From positions 1 through 55,117 of the forward strand of contig CAYGTK010000006.1 of assembly GCA_964352775.1 (NCBI GenBank): DNA of 55,117 bases, written 5' to 3'. Position 1 is the stretch's first letter; each line of letters opens with the position of its first letter. Below the pieces are notes generated by a model. The model saw nothing but the letters and a program-made list of their open reading frames with translations, was not told the origin of the DNA and ran no database searches. This stretch comes from an uncultured Chitinophagaceae bacterium (GTDB lineage Bacteria; Bacteroidota; Bacteroidia; Chitinophagales; CAIOSU01). Of this stretch, positions 17,234 through 27,727 are shown piece after piece. Position numbers and translations under genes: made by a program.

Positions 17234-18301
17234 ATGAAAAACCACCCGCTATTAGCATTGCTAATGCTATTTACTTTAGTAGTGCCTTCACTACAAGCTC
17301 AAGATAATGTTGGAATCGGCACTTTAACACCCGACCCCTCAGCTGTTCTTGAATTAGAAAGCACAGATAAGGGTATACTAATACCTAGAGTAACAACCTC
17401 ACAAAGACAAGCCATACCTACACCCGCAGAGGGTTTAATGGTTTACGATACTGACTTTCAACAGTTCTGGTATTTTGATGGCACACAATGGGTGCAGGCA
17501 ATTGGCCCACAAGGCCCTGCTGGGCCAGCAGGAGCTAATGGAGTAGCAGGTGCAACTGGTGCCCAAGGCATTACTGGCCCACAAGGTTTGATTGGCCCAA
17601 CAGGTGCTCAAGGTATTGCTGGCCCTGCGGGCGTACAAGGGCTTATTGGTCCTACAGGTGTGCAGGGTGCTGCTGGCCCAGCAGGAGCTAATGGAGCAGC
17701 GGGAGCACCTGGTGTTCAAGGCCCAGTAGGTCCGCAAGGCCCAGCTGGTTCTAACGGGGCGCAAGGTTCACAAGGTCCAGCTGGACCACAGGGAGCGCAA
17801 GGTCCACAAGGTCCAGCGGGTTTCGCCAATTCCAATTCATTCGTTTATACTACTACTGCACCTTTAACACAAGCGTACCCTTCAGGCAGTACTATTAGTT
17901 ATCTATCCCTTCCAAATCTATCACACAATTTTACCGTGCCTTCTGGGGCTAACTATAAAGTATTCGTAACTGCAATGGGGTCGGCCAGTAAAACTAATTC
18001 TGATGGCTCTCGCTCATTTATTCAATATGAGATATTTCTAGATGGTGTGGGTACTGGTGCTTATCAGCGGGTTTCTATGGACGATGAAGAGAACAGTCAG
18101 TTTGCCGAAGTGCCGTGGAGTATCAGTTACATCGTAAGTGTTCCGCCAGGTAACCATACCATTCAGATAAGAGGTGCACATGCAGGAGGTGATTGTAGCA
18201 GCGGAGGAATATTTGGTGGTAGCGATTGCCCAGGAGTTGTGCTGTGTTGGACGAATGGTTTCGTTGGTCAAGCCAACATGAATGTATTTGTTCTAGAATG
18301 A
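17234..18301 (+). CDS. Secreted collagen-like fibre protein 1
   Basis: Signal peptide, [28 protein letters not shown] module, about 36 Gly-X-Y triplets, beta-rich C-terminal head. Confidence 0.9.
   Translation: MKNHPLLALLMLFTLVVPSLQAQDNVGIGTLTPDPSAVLELESTDKGILIPRVTTSQRQAIPTPAEGLMVYDTDFQQFWYFDGTQWVQAIGPQGPAGPAGANGVAGATGAQGITGPQGLIGPTGAQGIAGPAGVQGLIGPTGVQGAAGPAGANGAAGAPGVQGPVGPQGPAGSNGAQGSQGPAGPQGAQGPQGPAGFANSNSFVYTTTAPLTQAYPSGSTISYLSLPNLSHNFTVPSGANYKVFVTAMGSASKTNSDGSRSFIQYEIFLDGVGTGAYQRVSMDDEENSQFAEVPWSISYIVSVPPGNHTIQIRGAHAGGDCSSGGIFGGSDCPGVVLCWTNGFVGQANMNVFVLE
17504..17827 (+). repeat. Coding Gly-X-Y repeat (about 36 triplets)
   Basis: Uninterrupted [12 protein letters not shown]...GPQGPAGFA. 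Confidence 0.9.
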
Positions 18302-18600
18302 GAGGGTTTACTATCATAGCAGGGCTGATACTTTCGCTATTGGCTACCAGTTCTTTGCAGGCCCAGAATTCGGGTGGAGATGATACTAAAAAAGTAGTAA
18401 GTCATCTTCGAGTAGAGAAAGGAACTACAGCTGCACCAGTTGCTAATGAGCCACAACTTCAAAAACAACCGCTGGATCGCTTGCAAGTAGTTCCTGATGA
18501 TGGGATTCCTGATAAGGAAAAACAAGAACGCATTACTAACCCTAAGCTTTTAGGAGAAACTCAACAACACCTGCGGGTGGTGAAGCCCAACGACAAATAA
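18298..18600 (+). CDS. Small secreted protein 1 (100 aa)
   Basis: ATGA overlap with the upstream stop. Signal [24 protein letters not shown]. Confidence 0.75.
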   Translation: MRGFTIIAGLILSLLATSSLQAQNSGGDDTKKVVSHLRVEKGTTAAPVANEPQLQKQPLDRLQVVPDDGIPDKEKQERITNPKLLGETQQHLRVVKPNDK

Positions 18601-18665
18601 TTGCATTAAAGTCTTTGTTCATATACCTTGAGAATGGAACAACCAGCTGAATTCAGCTTTATTTT

Positions 18666-19442
18666 ATGAGATCTAACGTACTTAAATTTATTGGTGTTGC
18701 TTTATTGGTTGCTATAATTGCAACTTCTGGTTATGCGCAAAGTAATGTTGGTATAGGTACATTATCACCTGACCCATCTTCTATTCTAGAATTAGAAAGC
18801 ACAGACAAAGGGGTACTTATTCCAAGGGTTGACTCTACTCAAAGGAATGGCATAATTACACCCGCCACAGGTCTTTTAGTATACGATACAGACTATTCTG
18901 AATTCTGGTATTTCGACGGAACTAAGTGGACACCCATAACCAGTGCAGCAGGCTCAGGACCTATCGGCCCAACGGGCTCACAAGGTCCAATTGGCCCGAC
19001 AGGAACACAAGGAATTGCCGGTCCAACAGGTTCACAAGGTCCAGTTGGTCCTACGGGTGCACAGGGAGCTACTGGCCCGACAGGGGCTGATGGTGTTGGA
19101 GAGTTGACTTACGATCAATCTACCTTTTTTGTAAACGATCCTGATCTAGCAACCCTTTCTTCTCAAACCATTACTACTGATGCTGGTGCCAAAGTGTTAA
19201 TATTTGGACAGCTGAATGCTTTGGTAGATGCAAATTCCTTTATCGGTATTCGTGTTTATCGCGATGGAGTGAAACTACAAGAGGTATCACAGTCAGTTGG
19301 TGCCAATGCTGATAATCAGATAATGTTGAATTGGGTAGATGAGCCTACCGCTGGCTCGCATACTTACGACTTGACCATCTATTGGGGTACGGGCAATGTT
19401 TTTTTCTATGGTTATTCATTAGATCTATTAGAAGCACGCTAA
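18666..19442 (+). CDS. Secreted collagen-like fibre protein 2
   Basis: Same N-terminal module ([28 protein letters not shown]), about 15 Gly-X-Y triplets (18957-19091, five GxxGPTGxx units), different head. Confidence 0.9.
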   Translation: MRSNVLKFIGVALLVAIIATSGYAQSNVGIGTLSPDPSSILELESTDKGVLIPRVDSTQRNGIITPATGLLVYDTDYSEFWYFDGTKWTPITSAAGSGPIGPTGSQGPIGPTGTQGIAGPTGSQGPVGPTGAQGATGPTGADGVGELTYDQSTFFVNDPDLATLSSQTITTDAGAKVLIFGQLNALVDANSFIGIRVYRDGVKLQEVSQSVGANADNQIMLNWVDEPTAGSHTYDLTIYWGTGNVFFYGYSLDLLEAR

Positions 19443-19795
19443 TGAAGGGGTTCATCATCATATCATTATTGTTTTGCTCAATGAGTCTATTTGCACAAAA
19501 CGACCCTGTGACTAGCCGAAAAGCAAGTTCAACCAGTACAGTTAAGAAGGGACAACTATACCCAGCAAAGCAATTCGCAGAGCTGAATTCGCAAATGGAC
19601 GAAATGCCTAATACCCGTCTTTCGGCAAAGGATAATAGTTCGGATAAAAAACTATTTCACGTTACTAAAGAACAAGCGATGGCGCTTATGAGGGCAAATG
19701 GAAAAGATAATTATGCTACCACTAGACAACGGATAATCACGGAAGGTGAGCAAATAGAAACGACGAATAGAAAGCTTCAGAAAATAGATAATTAG
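19442..19795 (+). CDS. Small secreted protein 2 (117 aa)
   Basis: TAATG overlap with the upstream stop. Signal [20 protein letters not shown]. Confidence 0.75.
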   Translation: MKGFIIISLLFCSMSLFAQNDPVTSRKASSTSTVKKGQLYPAKQFAELNSQMDEMPNTRLSAKDNSSDKKLFHVTKEQAMALMRANGKDNYATTRQRIITEGEQIETTNRKLQKIDN

Positions 19796-19860
19796 CCTGT
19801 TTCAGGTATAAGTAAAATGCGCATTTTGTTTAATTTTAAGACATCCCAAATCTCATTACC

Positions 19861-22062
19861 ATGAACAGCAGTTCACGCACATCATATTGCCCTACTTTAT
19901 CGCTAGCATTGTTGTTCGCCTGCTTGATAGTCATCCCATCTATTGGGAATGCTCAATTGGTCAATAATAATGGTGCCCTTATTTCCATTACCGACGGTGC
20001 TACGATGATAGTAAAGAACGGCTCGGTATTGAACGGAGTTAATAATAGTGGCTACATCAGCAATGCTGGAGAACTGATAGTGGAAGAAGACATGATCAAT
20101 AACGACACCTCCACCAGTGGCATGGATAAAGGAGTTTATCGTGTTCAGCGCGATTGGATCAACAACGGAGTTTTCATTGCTGACTCTGGTTTAGTGGAAT
20201 TATACGGTGCTGATCAATTTATTACTGGTGATTCAGTTACTGAGTACCACGTATTGGAATTGACAGGCACAGGAATTAAGACTCAAACCCTTGATGCGAT
20301 AACCAATAACGAGTTGCGACTGAACGACCGTGAGCTAGCAACAGACGACAACAAACACTTTATGACCAACACGGCAACTGCTGCCATTACTAGAACAACT
20401 GGTTTTGTAAGTAGTGAAGATGTTGGTCGCTTGGTACGTTTAATGGAAGATAATAGCGATTACTTATTTCCCGTAGGTTCTTCAAACGGCACATTGCGTT
20501 ATCGCCCAATTGAGATACGTCCTACTACGGTAGCTCCACATACAATGGAAGTTCGCATGGCTAATACTGATGCTACTACCGAAGGATTTAACCGCTTAAT
20601 AACTGGGCCCGACATCTGTCAAGTAAATGAATTCTACTATCACCAGATAGATAGAACGAATGGTGTTGACCCTGGACGAATTAACTTCTTTTTCGACCCA
20701 ACTTTAGACGGTCAATTCGTTAGTGTTGCTCACTGGCAGAATCAGCCGCGTTGGGAAGATGTAGGTCCTCCACAGCAAGGTACGAATGGAGCGTTCACTA
20801 CTTTCGCCATTAATGGCTGGAGCTTTGATCCGCTGGAAGCATACGGCTTAGCGCTTACAAATCCTGATGTAGTAGGTGTAGTAACTGACGGTTTATGTTT
20901 TGGTGATAGTACCGGCTCAGTAGATATTACTGTTACAGGTGGTTCACCAGCGTTTACTTATACTTGGAGCAACGGCACTACCTTAGAAGATCTAATAAAT
21001 GCACCAGCAGGAACATATACCCTTGATGTAAATGATATTAACAGTTGTGGTAGAAGCGATCTTAGTTTTACGATAACTGAACCAACTGAAGTGGAAGTCC
21101 TTTCTGACCCTACTAGCCCACCTTGTCATCCAAATAATGGCGGCGGTTTAGGGTCTATTGATGTTACTGTTTCAGGAGGAACACCAGGATATGTTTTTAC
21201 TTGGAGCGACAACTCCACCAATGAAGACCTGATAGATGTGCTTTCGGGTACTTATACCTTAACCATAACTGATAATAATGGCTGCGCAAGCACCATTACT
21301 GAAGATATTGAAGTGCCTGATGAGCTTATTGCCAGTTTAGATTACTCGGATATAAGTTGTTTTGGCGCAGGCGATGGTGGTATTGCCACTACAGTTTCAG
21401 GAGGAACGCCAGTATATACTTATTTATGGTCTAGCGGAGATTTTACCCAGGATCTTATAGATCTTGGTCCAGGCGACTATAACTTACAATTGATAGATGG
21501 AAATGGATGTGTGCTGAAAACTTCTGACCTAGAGATAACCATAATCGAGCCTGACCCATTAGACCTTACCGTATTTGAAGATCAAACCATCTACATTGGT
21601 CAAACTGCCGATCTAGAGGCCTCTAGCATTGGTGGTACAGGAGCTTATACCTATGTATGGGATGATGCTACCACCTTGAGCGATAGTGTTGGTTCATTTG
21701 TTTCGGCTATGCCAGAAGAAACGACCACTTATACCGCAACGGTATTTGATGACAATGGTTGTACTGATGACACATTAGTTACCATAATTGTAAACACCAA
21801 TGCCTTCCAATTCCCTAATGCATTTACCCCAAATGGTAGCGAGGATAATGTTTATGAGCCAATATTGGAGATAAACCACACCTTGAGGATGATGAAGGTC
21901 TTCAACCGCTGGGGGCAATTAGTCTATGAAGGTAATACAGGCTGGGATGGTACCATGGATGGAACCCTACAGCCTACCGATACTTACATTATACAAGCGC
22001 AAGTGTTAGATCCTTTTGGGAAGACCATTGACGTGCAGCAAGAAGTGATCTTGCTAAGATAA
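19861..22062 (+). CDS. T9SS cargo with SprB-like repeats and type B (gliding motility-associated) C-terminal domain
   Basis: Repeats C.G...GS.D.TV.GG.P.Y.Y.WS...AG.Y...V.D.NGC. CTD motifs FPNAFTPNG, VFNRWGQLVY, WDG and terminal LLR. Confidence 0.93.
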   Translation: MNSSSRTSYCPTLSLALLFACLIVIPSIGNAQLVNNNGALISITDGATMIVKNGSVLNGVNNSGYISNAGELIVEEDMINNDTSTSGMDKGVYRVQRDWINNGVFIADSGLVELYGADQFITGDSVTEYHVLELTGTGIKTQTLDAITNNELRLNDRELATDDNKHFMTNTATAAITRTTGFVSSEDVGRLVRLMEDNSDYLFPVGSSNGTLRYRPIEIRPTTVAPHTMEVRMANTDATTEGFNRLITGPDICQVNEFYYHQIDRTNGVDPGRINFFFDPTLDGQFVSVAHWQNQPRWEDVGPPQQGTNGAFTTFAINGWSFDPLEAYGLALTNPDVVGVVTDGLCFGDSTGSVDITVTGGSPAFTYTWSNGTTLEDLINAPAGTYTLDVNDINSCGRSDLSFTITEPTEVEVLSDPTSPPCHPNNGGGLGSIDVTVSGGTPGYVFTWSDNSTNEDLIDVLSGTYTLTITDNNGCASTITEDIEVPDELIASLDYSDISCFGAGDGGIATTVSGGTPVYTYLWSSGDFTQDLIDLGPGDYNLQLIDGNGCVLKTSDLEITIIEPDPLDLTVFEDQTIYIGQTADLEASSIGGTGAYTYVWDDATTLSDSVGSFVSAMPEETTTYTATVFDDNGCTDDTLVTIIVNTNAFQFPNAFTPNGSEDNVYEPILEINHTLRMMKVFNRWGQLVYEGNTGWDGTMDGTLQPTDTYIIQAQVLDPFGKTIDVQQEVILLR

Positions 22063-22072
22063 ACCGACCACC

Positions 22073-23095
22073 ATGAGAGCCATCAAATACATACTTACTC
22101 TAGTTGCTATCGTATGCTTTACGGATGTGGTAGCGCAAGACATTCATTATTCCCAATTCTATAACGCTCCGCTAACTGTCAATCCAGCATTAACGGGTCG
22201 TATAGCTGGTAGTTTCCGAATTGGAATTAATTATAGAAATCAATGGCCTTATTCGGTTAATGGAGCTACTTCATTCTCTACGCCAGCTATTTCGTTCGAT
22301 ATGCCTATCCGCTTTAACAGTAAGAACAACATCTTAGGTGTTGGTGCTTATATTGTTAACGACCGTTCAGCCTCGGGTTTGCTAACTAACCTTACAGCCA
22401 TGGCTTCTGTAGCCTTTCATAAGGGGCTTGGAGCTAATGGGAATCATGCCATATCTATTGGGGTGCAAGGGGGATACATTCAACGTCAAGTTGACCAGAG
22501 CGGTCTAATATTTGGTAGTAAGATCCAAGAAGTTGGGCTTCAGAACCTTGACCCTAGCTCACAACTGTTTAAAGAACTGACGGAAACTTCGATCAATAAT
22601 GTTGACTTGGCGGCAGGTTTTATGTGGAATTCTCGTCTCGGCAAAAAGATCAACATCTATGCGGGAGCATCTGTTTTCCATATCCTTCAACCAGAACATA
22701 GTTTTTCAGGAGGAACTGGCGAATCGGCTTCTTTGCCCCGTAGGTATGGGGTAAATGCAGGGCTAGACTGGAAAGTGGGGAATAAAGTATCGCTACTTCC
22801 ATCCTTTATTTACATGAGGCAAACCACCGCTCAACAATTTAACTTTGGATTATCTACAGCTATTGATTTCAATAGTAAAACCACCTTATTCTTGGGAGCT
22901 TATTATCGCCTTCAAGATGCTGTTATTCCTTATGTGGGTCTTGATTTTTCGCGCTTTCGCCTAGGGGTTAGTTACGATGCGAATGCGTCAGACCTTACCA
23001 GTACCAATGGTGCTTTCGAGGTTTCCTTGTCTTACATGGGCAAGTATGTGGAAGTACCTTCTGCAAATCCATCCTTGTACTGTCCACGTTTCTAA
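22073..23095 (+). CDS. PorP/SprF family T9SS outer-membrane protein
   Basis: QDIHYSQFYNAPLTVNPALTG, NYRNQW, GVSYD, GAFEVSLSY and terminal CPRF. Confidence 0.95.
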   Translation: MRAIKYILTLVAIVCFTDVVAQDIHYSQFYNAPLTVNPALTGRIAGSFRIGINYRNQWPYSVNGATSFSTPAISFDMPIRFNSKNNILGVGAYIVNDRSASGLLTNLTAMASVAFHKGLGANGNHAISIGVQGGYIQRQVDQSGLIFGSKIQEVGLQNLDPSSQLFKELTETSINNVDLAAGFMWNSRLGKKINIYAGASVFHILQPEHSFSGGTGESASLPRRYGVNAGLDWKVGNKVSLLPSFIYMRQTTAQQFNFGLSTAIDFNSKTTLFLGAYYRLQDAVIPYVGLDFSRFRLGVSYDANASDLTSTNGAFEVSLSYMGKYVEVPSANPSLYCPRF

Positions 23096-23118
23096 CCCTA
23101 CCCAAACCCATCTAAACC

Positions 23119-25179
23119 ATGAAGAACATTCTTTTTCTACTACTTGGTACGTTGCTCTTTGGGACGGCATTTGCTAGCCCCGTCGACAGTAGTGACACTG
23201 CCTTTCCTGTAAAGCTCCCTTTCAAAAAGAAGGTGAAATATGCCGATAATCATTTTGAAGTAGGTAACTATTTCGAAGCATTGGAGCTTTACCAAGAACT
23301 TTACGAAGACAAAAAGGAAGATGTATATATAGAACACCAAATGGCGGAATGCTATCGCCTAGCTCGTGATTATAAAAATGGGGTGAAGTATTACAAAAAA
23401 GTAGCTTCAGCAGACGCTGACGATTATCCCAGCTCTCGGTTCTATTATGGAGAATGTTTACAGAAAACAGGAGAGCCTGAACAAGCGAAAAGTCAATATT
23501 CAAAATTTGTAAAAGCAGATCACAAAGGACTAGATGACTTAAGTAGAATAGCGAAAAGCAGAATTAAAGCCTGTGAATATGCCATGTCGTATCAAGCTCC
23601 TGCTGACCCCTCTCACGAGATCATTCACTTAGATGAACCATTGAACCAGCCTTGGACAGACTATGCACCACAAGTGTTAGATCAGAAATACTTGTACTAC
23701 TCCTCTTTAAATAACGATACAGCTACCAACCGTAGATTCATGAAGTACGGGATGTTCCTATCACATATCTACCGTTCAGAATTGCAGACGGATGGTACTT
23801 GGGGCAAAGGCGAAATAATTGACCGCCCTGCTAATAGTGACTTGCTTCATAGTGGGAATACAGCATTTACTCCTGATGGACAAAAAATGTATTTCACGCA
23901 CTGTGAAGACAATGGCAATAACTCCGTAACCTGCAAGATCCTTTTTTCGAAACGCCGTGGAGATGAGTGGAGCACTCCCAAAGAGCTTAGCGAAATAGTG
24001 AACAAACCTGAAACAGATAACACCCACCCAGCAGTGGCACAAGGTCCAGGAAGAAAAGACTTGCTCTACTTCGTCTCAGACCGTGAAGGTGGAAAGGGTG
24101 GTTATGATATATGGCATGTAGAGGTAGATGCTAACGGCCGCGCTAGCAACCTTACTAATCTGGATGCTGCCAATACCGAGGACAATGAGTATACCCCTTA
24201 TTACCATACTAAGCGTAAGCTATTATACTTCAGTAGTGCTGGTTTACCAGGGTTTGGTGGTTACGATGTATTCAAACTACGTGGAAATTCAGAAGACGGT
24301 TGGGATACGCCAATAAACATGGGACAACCCGTTAATTCAACTGTAGACGATATTTACTTTACAGCTGGGGAGAGCAAAAAGCTGTTCTATATGGTATCGA
24401 ACAGGCCTGGTATTATTGGCCTTAAAAGTGAGACCTGTTGTGATGACATCTTTAAAGTAAAAGACCTTTACAAGCCGTTTTTTGCAGTATCAGGTCTGGC
24501 ATATGAAAAAGAAGACTCTATAACGCTCTCAGATACCAAGTTGGATGCTTATACTATTGAGTTGTATGATATTACAAGCGGTACACCTAAGCTAATAAAG
24601 AAAGCTTCTTCAGATGCTAGTGGAGTCTTTTTTGCAGATGCATTATCTGTAGATAGAAAGTATAGTGTGAAGTTTCAGCAGGAAGGTTATTTCTCTGACA
24701 CCCGAACGTTCAATACGATGGGCTTGGAAGAACCAGATACCTTTAGCATAACAGGAGGCTTAGAGCGTATTCGTAAAGACAAAGCTTATACACTGAGCAA
24801 TATCTACTATGCATATAAAAGTACCAAGCTGACCAAAGATTCAGAACAAGCCTTAGATGAATTGTACAGCTTAATGATGGAGAATCCACTGATCATTATT
24901 GAGCTAAGTTCGCATACTGATAGTATTGGTTCCGATGGTTATAACGAACGCCTTTCTCAGAAAAGGGCACAAAGTTGTGTAGATTATCTCACCCTTGTTA
25001 AGAAGGTGCCACTAGACCGCATATTAGCTAAGGGCTATGGAGAAACGCTTCCTGTAGCGCCTAACAGCCTACCTAATGGGAAAGACAATCCCGACGGGCG
25101 TGCGAAGAACAGACGTACCGAATACCGAATTGTTGGTGAATTGGAATTTGGAGGTGATAAGGTGATCATGAAGCCCTAG
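23119..25179 (+). CDS. PorE-like OmpA family protein (TPR + PD40 + OmpA_C)
   Basis: N-terminal TPRs, PD40 motifs LYFVSDREGGKGGYDIW and PGFGGYDVF, OmpA motifs SHTDSIG, NERLSQKRA and NRRTE. Confidence 0.93.
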   Translation: MKNILFLLLGTLLFGTAFASPVDSSDTAFPVKLPFKKKVKYADNHFEVGNYFEALELYQELYEDKKEDVYIEHQMAECYRLARDYKNGVKYYKKVASADADDYPSSRFYYGECLQKTGEPEQAKSQYSKFVKADHKGLDDLSRIAKSRIKACEYAMSYQAPADPSHEIIHLDEPLNQPWTDYAPQVLDQKYLYYSSLNNDTATNRRFMKYGMFLSHIYRSELQTDGTWGKGEIIDRPANSDLLHSGNTAFTPDGQKMYFTHCEDNGNNSVTCKILFSKRRGDEWSTPKELSEIVNKPETDNTHPAVAQGPGRKDLLYFVSDREGGKGGYDIWHVEVDANGRASNLTNLDAANTEDNEYTPYYHTKRKLLYFSSAGLPGFGGYDVFKLRGNSEDGWDTPINMGQPVNSTVDDIYFTAGESKKLFYMVSNRPGIIGLKSETCCDDIFKVKDLYKPFFAVSGLAYEKEDSITLSDTKLDAYTIELYDITSGTPKLIKKASSDASGVFFADALSVDRKYSVKFQQEGYFSDTRTFNTMGLEEPDTFSITGGLERIRKDKAYTLSNIYYAYKSTKLTKDSEQALDELYSLMMENPLIIIELSSHTDSIGSDGYNERLSQKRAQSCVDYLTLVKKVPLDRILAKGYGETLPVAPNSLPNGKDNPDGRAKNRRTEYRIVGELEFGGDKVIMKP

Positions 25180-25250
25180 TGGCATTTATGTACAGCACAC
25201 TACCAACATCATGTCACTATCCTAAGTCCATTAGCACCAGCCGAATTATT

Positions 25251-25258
25251 TATATTTG
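25251..25258 (+). promoter_or_regulatory. -7 promoter element TATATTTG
   Basis: TAnnTTTG match upstream of ATG 25277/25286. Confidence 0.45.
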
Positions 25259-25276
25259 GTTCAACCCCACAAACCA

Positions 25277-27637
25277 ATGATCACAATGAGACCATCGATC
25301 CTATCCACTCTTTGGGTGTTTATATTTTGCCTGCTTTTCACCCCCGCTTTTGCACAGCAGAATGTAGGTATTGGAACATTAACACCTAATGGCAAGGCCA
25401 TACTAGATATGGAATCAACCACCATGGGTTTATTGATACCAAGAATGACCTCCCCTGAACGTGTGGCCATATTTCCTAGCGGCCTTACCGATGAAGGGTT
25501 AATGGTGTATGATAACACCCTTAACCAATTCTACTATTGGGATGGTACCCAATGGCTTCCATTTGGCGGTGGTGGTGCCGATGGCGATTGGACCGTTACA
25601 GGAACTGATATGTTTTCCGCTGTTTCAGGAAATGTAGGTATTGGGGTATCGCTACCAGCGGCCAAGTTCCATACTAATGGCTCTTTAAAATTTGAGAATG
25701 TAGTTCCTGGTGTATCAAATTTCATTTTAGTGGTTGACGGAGCTGGCGATGTTGGTCAGCGCTTTTTACCTGCCAATGTTTGGGATGGTGATGATGTGAA
25801 CGATGCTGATGCGAGTACAACAAACGAGTTGAACACAGCATTTAGCTACAACCCAGGTACCCAGCAATTAAGCATTACTGATGCAGGAGGTACTTTAACA
25901 GCCACTATTAATGTAACAGCTACTGCTGACCTTGATAGTGACACTACAAATGAATTACAAACACTTACTTCACTTTATGATGGAACTGCTGAGGAGGTAA
26001 CGGTAAGTATTAGCAACGGTAATAGCACCACCTTCTCTATAGAAGATGGTGATAGTGATGATAGTAATGAGCTACAGACCTTAACCCTAGTACAAACTGG
26101 AGATTCTGTAAATTGGAACTTGAGCGATGGCGGTGGAAACGGCTCTTTCAGTTTAACAGATGCAGACTGGGCAGGAGCAGGTACAGGGGTGATGTACCCT
26201 GTTACCTTGACGGATAATATCGGTATTTCAAGAAATACTGCTTTTTACGACCTTGATGTGAACGGCGATATTCGTGTGGTCGATCAGTTGATCTTTGACA
26301 CTACAGGTTACTTTATTGAGCGAAATGCAAATAATCTTTACTTCTCTTCTACTAACGATTTCCGTTTTGTTTCTGGCCAAGGGCATAATATCCGCTACTA
26401 TGCACAAGCTGGAGAGGCTATTGTAAATTATCGACTAGATAATGAAGACGTGATGACCCTTAGGGGCGATGATGGTGGCGGCGCTAACCAATTCAATGTA
26501 GGTATTGGTAATACAGCCCCTGTAAGTAAGCTACACGTAGCTGGCGATATTCGTCTTGGGGCTATAAATCCACCTGGGTTCACCAACGGAGGTAGCAATT
26601 ATGGCGACCTACTGTACCTTTCTGGCGCACCTGGTTATAATGCACCAGCTAACCTTGATAGTGAAAACTCTGACCCATTATTTATCAGTAGATATAATTC
26701 TGGGCCAGACTTATCAGAGATCCGCATAAATATTGGAGACAATACTTCTGGCGATAACACGCTTCGTGACCGTTTGAGCATAGGCGCACTAGCTACTGGA
26801 TCTACTAATTTGAATGATTACCAGAGTTTATTCCAATTCGAGATAAACAACTCAAGTACAGATTCTGATGAGCCAATGCTATCTATTAGCCCAGTTGGGG
26901 TTTTGCATTCTACTAATTATCATGGCGCACTATCATTAACCAAACCTGATACATCGAATGGTCAATACATTAACCTTGTTCGTGAAGGTGCAGGTGCAGA
27001 TTGGTCAATAGGTTATCAATACACAAGTAATAACTTCGCTATCGGTCAGTCAACCACAAATAACAGCGCATTTACAAACCCTGAGTTCACCATTTTAGCT
27101 TCAACTGGTTATGTGGGTTTAGGAGTTAACAATCCATCCTATAGGGTTACCTTACCAAATTCACCTTCAACAGCGGGGCGAGGTATTGCCGAAATGTGGG
27201 TTACCTATTCTGATGGCCGATTTAAAACCGATAGAACGGAATTACCTCCCGTATTGGATAAAGTAATGCAACTATTGCCATTGAATTATCATTGGGAGGA
27301 TTTTGACCATGATGAAAATGGTCAGCTAGTTGGTCTGGGTACAGTAAACCCATATACCGACTTAGGTTTTATTGCACAGGATGTGTATGAGCTTTTCCCT
27401 GAGGTAGTAAGCAAGCCTGAGAATGAAGCAACAGCCACTTGGGGTATTGACTATGCTCGCCTATCGGTTGTGTTAACTAAAGCCTTGCAAGAGCAGCAAA
27501 TGATGTTGACCGCTGAAAAGCAACAGCATCAGCAAACCCAAATGGAAGTAGCAGCACTTCAAACTCAAATGCAGCGGGTTTTAGACAGATTAGCTAGTTT
27601 GGAAGGAAAAACAGGCACTACTACAGCCAGTAAATAG
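25277..27637 (+). CDS. Secreted tail-fibre-like protein with peptidase S74 intramolecular chaperone domain
   Basis: Signal peptide, the same NVGIGT..P...LLIPR module, several NVGIG repeats and D.D...NELQTL repeats. S74 motifs SDGRFKTD, GFIAQDV..LFPEVV and IDYARL, then a coiled coil. Confidence 0.9.
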   Translation: MITMRPSILSTLWVFIFCLLFTPAFAQQNVGIGTLTPNGKAILDMESTTMGLLIPRMTSPERVAIFPSGLTDEGLMVYDNTLNQFYYWDGTQWLPFGGGGADGDWTVTGTDMFSAVSGNVGIGVSLPAAKFHTNGSLKFENVVPGVSNFILVVDGAGDVGQRFLPANVWDGDDVNDADASTTNELNTAFSYNPGTQQLSITDAGGTLTATINVTATADLDSDTTNELQTLTSLYDGTAEEVTVSISNGNSTTFSIEDGDSDDSNELQTLTLVQTGDSVNWNLSDGGGNGSFSLTDADWAGAGTGVMYPVTLTDNIGISRNTAFYDLDVNGDIRVVDQLIFDTTGYFIERNANNLYFSSTNDFRFVSGQGHNIRYYAQAGEAIVNYRLDNEDVMTLRGDDGGGANQFNVGIGNTAPVSKLHVAGDIRLGAINPPGFTNGGSNYGDLLYLSGAPGYNAPANLDSENSDPLFISRYNSGPDLSEIRINIGDNTSGDNTLRDRLSIGALATGSTNLNDYQSLFQFEINNSSTDSDEPMLSISPVGVLHSTNYHGALSLTKPDTSNGQYINLVREGAGADWSIGYQYTSNNFAIGQSTTNNSAFTNPEFTILASTGYVGLGVNNPSYRVTLPNSPSTAGRGIAEMWVTYSDGRFKTDRTELPPVLDKVMQLLPLNYHWEDFDHDENGQLVGLGTVNPYTDLGFIAQDVYELFPEVVSKPENEATATWGIDYARLSVVLTKALQEQQMMLTAEKQQHQQTQMEVAALQTQMQRVLDRLASLEGKTGTTTASK

Positions 27638-27727
27638 TCATTCTTCTTAGTAAATTTGTGGTATTGGAATACGTAAGAGGAAATTCGAACGTTCATTCTG
27701 CAAATCTTTATTCATATATCTTACACC

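Noticed and set aside
17234-27637. Prophage or tailocin interpretation of the fibre genes
   Set aside because: No capsid, terminase, sheath, baseplate or integrase genes, and all fibres have Sec signals.
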